Position numbers and translations under genes: made by a program. Below, one piece after another: positions 8,664-16,838 of a DNA stretch of 32,000 bases. The DNA comes from Microcoleaceae cyanobacterium. Lineage in GTDB: Bacteria > Cyanobacteriota > Cyanobacteriia > Cyanobacteriales > Microcoleaceae. The stretch is taken from the NCBI GenBank assembly GCA_049647265.1, contig JBARXJ010000061.1, positions 103,585-135,584 on the forward strand. The letters run 5' to 3'. The first letter of the stretch is position 1. Each line of letters opens with the position of its first letter. The notes beneath the pieces were generated by a model that saw only the letters and a program-made list of their open reading frames with translations, was not told where the DNA came from and did no database searches.

Positions 8664-11186
8664 TTGCAACAAAATAACCAAGTTGCGATCGCCGCAGCGG
8701 TTATTGGTATGGGCGGAGTCGGTAAAACAGAACTTGCTATTCAATACGCCCGTCAACACCTGGAAACCACCTATACAGGCGGCGTATGTTTCCTAACTGG
8801 CAATAGTTTTATCTTGGAGTTAATTCAATTTGCCCGTCCTCGCTTCTTCCCTAAAATGGATTTTAGCGGCTTTTCAGAAGCCGAACAATTAACCTATTGC
8901 TGGCAACATTGGGCGGAAGGGGAAGTCTTGTTAATTGTAGATGATGTCACAAACTACAAACAACAGGTTAAACCCTATTTACCCAGTTCTCCTCGGTTTA
9001 AAATATTAGTGACCACGCGAGAACAAATATCTAACGTTACGCCCCTCAACTTAGAAGTTCTGCATCCTGATGATGCCTTAAAATTACTTGAGTTTATCAT
9101 AGGAAAAAATCGCCTCAACGCAGAAGCCGAAACCGCAAAAGAACTGTGTAAATGGTTAGGTTATTTACCGTTGGGGTTAGAATTAGTCGGGCAATATTTA
9201 GCAGAAGATGAAGATCTGTCCTTGGCAAAGATGCTGCAACGCCTGCAACGTAAACGCCTACAACATTCTTCACTAAAAGATGCAGATACAGCAGAAACCG
9301 CAAAATTAGGAGTCGCCGCAGCCTTTGAATTAAGCTGGGAACGGTTGCAACAACAGCCAGAAACGCAACAATTAGGCTGTTTGTTATCGCTGTTTTATCC
9401 CGATGCAATTTTATGGGAATTAGTAGAAGCGGTGTATCAATATTGGCAAGGGGAAGATATTGATCTCGAAGATCTAGAAGACAACAGACGTAAGTTAGTT
9501 AAACTCAGCCTATTTCAACGAACTAAAGAGAGAACCTATCGCCTACATCAACTTTTACGAGAATTTTTCCGCGACAAACTGGAGAAACAGGAAGACGCAA
9601 CGGCAATGAAACAAGCCTTTATTAACACGATGGTCATTATTGCCCGTCAAATTCATCCAGCTATGATAACGAAACATATCAAACAGGTTGAACCCGCTAT
9701 TACACACATTGAGGAAGTGCCTAATTCTTTGCCTGAATTCTTATCAGATGAAGCTTTAGCTCTGTTTGATCGCTTAGGTTGGTTCTATCAAGCTCAGAAC
9801 TTGTATTCTGAAGCTGAATTGTGGCTAGAGAAAAGTGTCGAGATTGCAAAAAGCCGTTTCGGAGAGGAACATGAGGATGTTGCTACTAGCCTAAGTAATT
9901 TAGGTTCACTTTATCACATCCAAGGACGCTACAGTGAGGCTGAATCTCTTGGTGAGCAAGTTTTAAAGATCAGACGACAGCTATCTGCCGCAGATGACCC
10001 CAGTCTTACTACTGACTTGAATAATTTAGCCGTTGCTTACCATTACCAGGGACGCTACAGTAAGGCTGAACAGTTGTTTAAAGAAGCTTTAGAAATAGAA
10101 AAAGAATTGTGCGAAAAGAGAGAAAAGGTTTTAGAACAAGATCTAAAAAAAATGCAAGAAATAGCAATAAAAAGACTGATTAAAAAAAATATAAAAAAGC
10201 ATATTTACAAGCATGAACTAGAGTCAGAGATAGACAAAATATTGTCCGAAAAGTATTTGGATATAAAACAAATATATAATGATTATATTAGTATTGCATT
10301 GAGCCTGAATAACTTAGCTGAGTGTTGTGCTTACCAGGGACGTTATAGCGAAGCTGAACAGCTATATTACGAGGCTATAGAAAGATATAAAAAGATATTT
10401 GATACCGACGAACTTTCAAAAGTTGACAATTCAGATGTTGCTGTTGTTCTAAATAACTTAGGCATACTTTACTTTTTGCAAGGATACTATAATGAAGCTG
10501 AACATCTTAATCAGCAAGCTTTAGCCATAAGAAAACGCTTATTTCAGGGCGACCATCTTAGTATTGCACAAAGCTTTAATAGTTTAGCTGAACTTTACCT
10601 TGACCAATTCCAAGGACGCTATGACGAAGCCGAACCCTTATGTCGTGAAGCTTTAGCTATGAGAAAACGTTTATTTAGAAATGGTCACCCAAGTATAGCA
10701 GAAAGTTTAGATAATTTAGCTACATTCTATCAGTCGCAAGAAGACTATGACGAAGCTGAACGCTTATTTAAACAAGCCTTAGACATGAAAAAATACTTCT
10801 TTAAAGGTGACCATCCTAACATTGCAAAAACCTGTAATAGTATAGCTGAACTTTATTTATTACAAGAACGCTATGACGAGGCTACAACCTGGTATTACAA
10901 AGCTTTAGAAATCAGAGGACGTTTATTGGGTGAAGAACATCCTGACACTGTGCAAAGCTTTATTAGTATTGCTAAACTTTGTCAATGCCAAGGAGACTAT
11001 GAGCAAGCTGAAGGTTTATATTTGTTTGCTTATGCTACTTTTAGAAAGAATTTAGGCGAGGATCATCCTAAGACAGAAAATATTCGGCTGCAACTAATCA
11101 TGTTCTGCCAACAAGCGATCTATGAGAATCAAACCGATCAATTGAGTAATAAATTCACTAAGTTTTTAATTTCTCAACTTCAGTAA
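8664..11186 (+). CDS. STAND NTPase: NB-ARC domain plus nine 42-aa TPR (TPR_12/KLC-like) repeats
   Basis: NB-ARC motifs: P-loop GMGGVGKTELA (8706-8729), Walker B LLIVDDV, ILVTTRE, GYLPLGLELVG. There are 9 repeats of the type A-SLNNLA-LY-QGRY-EAE-L. The called TTG start is doubtful because the frame is open upstream to the TGA at 8535-8537. Confidence 0.85.
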   Translation: MQQNNQVAIAAAVIGMGGVGKTELAIQYARQHLETTYTGGVCFLTGNSFILELIQFARPRFFPKMDFSGFSEAEQLTYCWQHWAEGEVLLIVDDVTNYKQQVKPYLPSSPRFKILVTTREQISNVTPLNLEVLHPDDALKLLEFIIGKNRLNAEAETAKELCKWLGYLPLGLELVGQYLAEDEDLSLAKMLQRLQRKRLQHSSLKDADTAETAKLGVAAAFELSWERLQQQPETQQLGCLLSLFYPDAILWELVEAVYQYWQGEDIDLEDLEDNRRKLVKLSLFQRTKERTYRLHQLLREFFRDKLEKQEDATAMKQAFINTMVIIARQIHPAMITKHIKQVEPAITHIEEVPNSLPEFLSDEALALFDRLGWFYQAQNLYSEAELWLEKSVEIAKSRFGEEHEDVATSLSNLGSLYHIQGRYSEAESLGEQVLKIRRQLSAADDPSLTTDLNNLAVAYHYQGRYSKAEQLFKEALEIEKELCEKREKVLEQDLKKMQEIAIKRLIKKNIKKHIYKHELESEIDKILSEKYLDIKQIYNDYISIALSLNNLAECCAYQGRYSEAEQLYYEAIERYKKIFDTDELSKVDNSDVAVVLNNLGILYFLQGYYNEAEHLNQQALAIRKRLFQGDHLSIAQSFNSLAELYLDQFQGRYDEAEPLCREALAMRKRLFRNGHPSIAESLDNLATFYQSQEDYDEAERLFKQALDMKKYFFKGDHPNIAKTCNSIAELYLLQERYDEATTWYYKALEIRGRLLGEEHPDTVQSFISIAKLCQCQGDYEQAEGLYLFAYATFRKNLGEDHPKTENIRLQLIMFCQQAIYENQTDQLSNKFTKFLISQLQ

Positions 11187-11320
11187 TAGAAAAATTTATC
11201 TAAATAATATTCTTGATTGTATTATCTCAGATTAAAATACAAGTCTAAATCATGGGATTATATCCTTATTTTAGAGTGTTTTTGCAGGAAATCAGTTGAT
11301 TAGAATCTGGATAATTGTGG

Positions 11321-11340
11321 ATTCCCGCCTACACGGGAAT
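11321..11340. repeat. 7-bp stem hairpin ATTCCCG-cctaca-CGGGAAT followed by a T/G-rich tract
   Basis: Read directly. It lies 135 nt downstream of the NTPase stop. There is no U-run, so it looks more like a REP-like element than a clear terminator. Confidence 0.4.
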
Positions 11341-11476
11341 GACAGTTTATAGTTTGTTCTTTGTGTTCTCTATGTCTTTGTGGTTCGTTTCCTCAACAAA
11401 AATTACCTAAAAATTTAAGCTAGCGATCGCTTCAATCGATTAAAATTTTCATATAATTAGAAATGTATCACTCACA

Positions 11477-11806
11477 ATGAAGCTACCCAATGGCGATAAA
11501 GCTGAAATTCCCTTGCAAAAGTTAATGAGTTATTGTCTTAATTCAGAACATCCTAGCGGTAAACACAAAGCCCGAGTTTTTGCATCAGTTCTCGGAATTA
11601 CCGCAGAGAATGTTGAACAGTTACAAGAACTCATTAAAGTTGCTGCGGTTGAGGGTGAAGTCGTACAACAAAATACAACTGCTTTTGGTCAGCAGTTTAA
11701 AGTAGACTGGAATATTCCTAAAATTGAAACATGGAAACTGCGAACTATCTGGGAAATCAAACACAATTCACTAAATCCTCGTTTAATTTCTGCATTTTTA
11801 ACCTAA
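11477..11806 (+). CDS. DUF6883-like protein (first gene of a coupled pair)
   Basis: 109 aa. KLMSYCLNSEHPSGKHKARVFASVLGIT resembles the conserved core I remember for DUF6883 proteins. Its stop TAA lies 1 nt before the next ATG. Confidence 0.55.
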   Translation: MKLPNGDKAEIPLQKLMSYCLNSEHPSGKHKARVFASVLGITAENVEQLQELIKVAAVEGEVVQQNTTAFGQQFKVDWNIPKIETWKLRTIWEIKHNSLNPRLISAFLT

Positions 11807-11807
11807 A

Positions 11808-12068
11808 ATGAAAACAATACAATTATTTGATACGGTTACTAATATTAAATCTATTACTCAAGAACGATTGACTTTAGTTGAACCGAATTATCAATCTATT
11901 CAATCTTTACCCAGTGGACAAGTTGGGACTATTGTTGAAATTTATAATGAAGTTAATCCCTGTCAATATTTAGTTGAATTTGCTGATACTCAAGGACGTG
12001 AATATGCAATGGCAATTTTAAAAGCCGATGAAATTTTAGTTCTGCACTATGAACTGACAATGGCTTAA
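11808..12068 (+). CDS. DUF4926-like protein (second gene of the coupled pair)
   Basis: 86 aa. GQVGTIVEIY...YLVEFADTQGREYAMAILKADEI matches the small beta-rich DUF4926 pattern as I remember it. Confidence 0.55.
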   Translation: MKTIQLFDTVTNIKSITQERLTLVEPNYQSIQSLPSGQVGTIVEIYNEVNPCQYLVEFADTQGREYAMAILKADEILVLHYELTMA

Positions 12069-12214
12069 AATTTAAATAAGAATATGTTGTAAATATAATG
12101 ATACACGATGTGTGGCTTCGCGATACTGCTATAGCGGACGTAAAGCGTTTGCAAACGTATTCTAATGAGCTATACTACAATTAATCTAAAATATAATATC
12201 CTCAAAATCAGATT

Positions 12215-12505
12215 ATGCTAAATGGTATTAAACAACGAGGAATCGTTACTAAAGATGGGAAAATTGAAATACAAGCGCCTGAACTCCCAGAAGGAACAAT
12301 TGTTGAAGTTATTATTTTAGTTGAGAAAGAAGCAATAGAATCAGAGACTCCCTCACAAATTCCACAAGATACAACAGAATATTTACTCTCAAATGAATCT
12401 AATCGTCGTCATTTGATGACTGGAATTAAAGATGTAGAAAATAATACTAATCTTGTTAGTTTTACTCAAGAGGAATGGAATGAGGAACATAACATTCACT
12501 CCTAA
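12215..12505 (+). CDS. Hybrid antitoxin: AF2212/DUF104-like N-terminus plus YefM-type C-terminal toxin-binding tail
   Basis: The N-terminus GKIEIQAPELPEGTIVEVIIL is DUF104-like. The C-terminus TEYLLSNESNRRHLMTGIKDVEN resembles YefM TxYLLxSxxNxxRL. It overlaps the yoeB start. Confidence 0.65.
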   Translation: MLNGIKQRGIVTKDGKIEIQAPELPEGTIVEVIILVEKEAIESETPSQIPQDTTEYLLSNESNRRHLMTGIKDVENNTNLVSFTQEEWNEEHNIHS

Positions 12506-12743
12506 CGCTTTCAACGATTTTAATAATTGGGCAAAACAAGATAAGAAAATTTATCGTAAGATTATTACTCTGATTAATGATATACTTCGTCAACCTTTTA
12601 CTGGGTTGGGTAAACCTGAACCTTTGAAACATGAGCTGAAAGGATATTGGTCACGGCGCATTACTGATGAGCATCGTTTAGTCTATAAGGTTAGTGAGAA
12701 TGCAATTATTATTCTAAGTTGTCGATTTCATTATGATAATTAA
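12480..12743 (+). CDS. yoeB: YoeB/Txe family mRNA interferase toxin
   Basis: MRNITFTPNAFNDFNNWAKQDKKIYRKIITLINDILRQPFTGLGKPEPLKHELKGYWSRRITDEHRLVYKV...CRFHY is near-collinear with E. coli YoeB, including the C-terminal His-Tyr. The ORF track begins at ATG 12453, but ATG 12480 fits the family. Confidence 0.9.
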   Translation: MRNITFTPNAFNDFNNWAKQDKKIYRKIITLINDILRQPFTGLGKPEPLKHELKGYWSRRITDEHRLVYKVSENAIIILSCRFHYDN

Positions 12744-12775
12744 AATCATTATAATCTCTATTGATAAAGTATATC

Positions 12776-13801
12776 TTAATCTTTATAAGGTTCTAAAATT
12801 AAGCTACCATCCCCTTGATTTAAATTTGAATTGGAAGAGAAACGCCAATATTGTTGATAAAATTCTAAGAAGTTTTGACCGATAATTCCATCTATTTCTA
12901 AAACATCTAAAACAGAGGGAGAGTTTAAAATCACAACGCCTAAATTATTTTGTTCAAATTGACCGATTTTAACTTGTTCTAAAACAGAATAACCTGCGTC
13001 TTCTAATCCACAAAATCCTTGAACTTGAATCGGTTGTATTTCTGTATCACTTAGATTTAATTGCTGAGCTAGTTTTTGAGAAATAAAGATTAAGTCGGCT
13101 CCTGTATCGAGCATAAACGTTAAGTTTGTTTGGTGATTTACTGTAACAGAAGCTAACATGACCCCTAATTTATTGGTTAATACAATTGCGTCTTGTTGTT
13201 GCTCTTTTGGTAGAACAGAAGGCTTCGATAAATCTAATTGTTTGGTTTGAGGATTTATTTTAAGATCGAAGAACTTTAACACATCCATTCCTAATACGCC
13301 GGATAAGTTTTGAGGAATGATTGTATTTGTAAATTCTAAGGCTTGTAGTTGATTAACTGTCACTTGATTAATATTAATTTTGGGTAATTGATGTAAATTG
13401 GCGCTCATATCTTGACAGTCATCTCCGGCGACGGCTGAGGTTAATTCTTCACTCTGAATGGGTTTACCAATTAATCCTAACTGTTGAACGAATGCAGAAG
13501 AAACCATTGTGGTTGATGCGCCCGTATCCAATAAAAAATTGCCTGAAAGATTACCGACTTTTAACGCAATTGTAAAGACTCTACTATTTCCTAAAGATTG
13601 TAAGTTAATCGTAGTTTCTCCGGTAACTTTGGCGGCAGGAATATTAAGCTCTTTTAGGGGAACAATTGCATCTAAAATAGGATAATTTTTAAGAGAGAGA
13701 TTTTGAGCCAGCGCTAAATGATTAAACGGCTGAACTTTTAATACTGAAAAAGTTGATAAAAATCCTAAACTCAGAATTGAGATGAAATGAATCAGTTTCA
13801 T
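12776..13801 (-). CDS. Secreted two-domain retropepsin-like (clan AA) aspartic protease
   Basis: Signal peptide MKLIHFISILSLGFLSTFSV...ALA. Two catalytic motifs, LLDTGAS (D92) and MLDTGAD (D232), are each followed by a GxxGxD/NxL flap-like motif (GVLGMDVL, GIIGQNFL). Confidence 0.75.
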   Translation of the reverse strand: MKLIHFISILSLGFLSTFSVLKVQPFNHLALAQNLSLKNYPILDAIVPLKELNIPAAKVTGETTINLQSLGNSRVFTIALKVGNLSGNFLLDTGASTTMVSSAFVQQLGLIGKPIQSEELTSAVAGDDCQDMSANLHQLPKININQVTVNQLQALEFTNTIIPQNLSGVLGMDVLKFFDLKINPQTKQLDLSKPSVLPKEQQQDAIVLTNKLGVMLASVTVNHQTNLTFMLDTGADLIFISQKLAQQLNLSDTEIQPIQVQGFCGLEDAGYSVLEQVKIGQFEQNNLGVVILNSPSVLDVLEIDGIIGQNFLEFYQQYWRFSSNSNLNQGDGSLILEPYKD

Positions 13802-13995
13802 TGGGATATACAGAAATTAATCAAATCTTATGGCTTTAATGAATAACACTACCCATCATTAATCAGTCAGTAAATCTACTCATGAATTAGATTGAGCAAT
13901 TAAGCAGGTGAAATGATGTCAATTATTAACAATATCTTAAAAAAAAATATTATCTTCAATTTATACAAAAAAGTGTGATACCATCTTTACCTTAT

Positions 13996-14080
13996 AAGCT
14001 AGGGGTGCCTGCCGTTAAGTCCAGGCTGAGAGACACCCTTGGAACCTGAGTCCGGCTAGTACCGGCGTAGGGAAGCGAAC
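13996..14080 (+). promoter_or_regulatory. TPP (THI-box) riboswitch
   Basis: ctaggggtgcc...ggctgagag-acaccctt-ggaacctga-gtccggctagtaccggcgtagggaagc contains the conserved GGGGUGC, CUGAGA, ACCCUU-GAACCUGA and GCGUAGGGAA blocks. It lies directly upstream of thiC. Confidence 0.9.
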
Positions 14081-14086
14081 ATTTAG

Positions 14087-15487
<1,401 letters not shown>

Positions 15488-15546
15488 CTAGATGAGTCGG
15501 TACTGTTGTAATCTGCCAGTTTTGGTGTAGGTTATTGTTGATATGA

Positions 15547-15565
15547 GGTGCGTCGGTGACGCACC
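15547..15565. terminator. Hairpin GGTGCGTC-ggt-GACGCACC between convergent genes
   Basis: Perfect 8-bp GC-rich stem 60 nt after the thiC stop and 20 nt after the stop of the convergent gene. The T-rich tract ctacttttcc follows on the plus strand. Confidence 0.4.
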
Positions 15566-15584
15566 CTACCTACTTTTCCTAAGT

Positions 15585-16646
15585 TTAAGAAATGTCTACC
15601 TGTAAAGTAGAACAATAAGGTGTCAGTTGGTTTTCCCTAAGATTCCAGACTTTACCATCTAATGCCATCTGTTCAATTAAACTCGCAAGTCGTAATGCTT
15701 TTAAGGCTTGTTCTCCACCAACAGACGGTTGATTTCCCCCATAAATACATTGAACAAAATGTTCGAGTTCTGCGTGTAACGGTTCAATATTACTGGTATG
15801 AACTCGCTCAATTAATCCATCCTGACGATACAAAACTTGCCCATAATCTGTAATACAATCTGCTGTCGTTTGACGATGAATTAAGATTTGATTATTGAGA
15901 AAATCGGCTTCAGTCAGAGAATTTTGACAGTGAGCGACAATTGAACGACGCTTGCGATGACTGACTTTACTCGCGGTTAAAGTGGCAACAACACCGTTAG
16001 CAAATCCTAATGTTGCAGTGACATAAGCATCACTGGCTTGACTGCCACTGGCGTTTAATTGTATTACAGGTGCAGCCACTAATTCGAGTAGTAAATCGAT
16101 ATCATGGATCATTAAATCCAACACAACAGAAACATCATTAGCCCGATCTGAGTAAGGACTCATACGGTGGGCTTCTAATGCTAAGATTTCTTCTGTTTTT
16201 AAGACTTTACTTAATTCCTGGAACGCTGGATTAAACCGTTCAATATGCCCCACTTGTAAGATCCGATTAGATTGGGCTGCCATATTCACTAAAGATTCAG
16301 CTTCGCTAATATTGGCAGCGATGGGCTTTTCTATTAATACGTGAACCCCAGCTTGCAAACAAGTCATTCCCACAGAATGATGCAAACGTGTGGGTACGGC
16401 GATACAAACCGCCTCAACATATTCGAGTAAATTATGGTAGTCCTCAAAAAAACGCACCCGGTACTTACTGGCAATATCCAGTCCTCGTTCGATATTAATA
16501 TCAGAAATACCGACCAGTTGAACATCTTTGAGTAAACCTAAAACTCGGGTGTGATGTTGTCCCATGTGACCCACACCAATTACCCCAACCTTTAGGGGTT
16601 CAGAGGGGTTTCGTCTCGCAAAACTCGTTGAATCTCCCAATACCAT
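15585..16646 (-). CDS. Gfo/Idh/MocA family NAD(P)-dependent oxidoreductase
   Basis: Rossmann motif KVGVIGVGHMGQHH and EKP motif LIEKPIA. The ORF track starts at 16682 (MWWWRNPG...), but ATG 16646 (MVLGDS...) is more plausible. Confidence 0.8.
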   Translation of the reverse strand: MVLGDSTSFARRNPSEPLKVGVIGVGHMGQHHTRVLGLLKDVQLVGISDINIERGLDIASKYRVRFFEDYHNLLEYVEAVCIAVPTRLHHSVGMTCLQAGVHVLIEKPIAANISEAESLVNMAAQSNRILQVGHIERFNPAFQELSKVLKTEEILALEAHRMSPYSDRANDVSVVLDLMIHDIDLLLELVAAPVIQLNASGSQASDAYVTATLGFANGVVATLTASKVSHRKRRSIVAHCQNSLTEADFLNNQILIHRQTTADCITDYGQVLYRQDGLIERVHTSNIEPLHAELEHFVQCIYGGNQPSVGGEQALKALRLASLIEQMALDGKVWNLRENQLTPYCSTLQVDIS

Positions 16647-16722
16647 TGGATTGAGCACTCCCGGATTTCTCCACCACCACATAGACTAAGGTTATCCATT
16701 AATTGGGATTGTGTTAGCCCAT

Positions 16723-16739
16723 CTGTGATACTATCACAG
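16723..16739. promoter_or_regulatory. 17-bp perfect palindrome CTGTGATA-C-TATCACAG in a divergent promoter region
   Basis: Read directly. It lies between the oxidoreductase start and the BamA GTG (16839). Candidate operator only. Confidence 0.3.
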
Positions 16740-16838
16740 CCTCTGATTTTGTAAAGAAGCGTTAACCAATTCTGCGAGCAATTTCGTCAGTCAAACCGTA
16801 CAATCAATTGAGGTGTTTTCATGCATTGTGGGGGTTAG

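Noticed and set aside
8115-8730. Two-gene amyloid-signalling reading (Bell-like protein with a C-terminal motif plus an NLR with a matching N-terminal motif), or selenocysteine at the TGA
   Set aside because: The region between the TGA and the P-loop contains no copy of the G/N/Q-rich motif, so the templating model lacks its second partner. Cyanobacteria are not known for Sec decoding and I see no obvious SECIS-like hairpin. Both are kept only as minor alternatives.
8307-9408. Minus-strand ORFs 8307-8501 and 9115-9408
   Set aside because: Both are antisense to the N-module and NB-ARC coding sequence, have low-complexity translations and no motifs.
12120-12137. Shared short motif GCGATAYNGCTA (12120-12137, 28442-28458, and inverted at 28141-28154), with GTGTGGC preceding two of them
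   Set aside because: Only 10-11 of 12 positions match and the flanks diverge. I cannot show this exceeds chance without a genome-wide count.
15662-15853. 63-aa plus-strand ORF inside the Gfo/Idh/MocA gene; likewise 18454-18660 in bamA, 19398-19652 and 19490-19735 at the RTX gene, 22014-22256 in msrB, 29324-29626 and 29340-29555 in the methyltransferase
   Set aside because: All overlap motif-supported genes in alternative frames or strands and show no family features.
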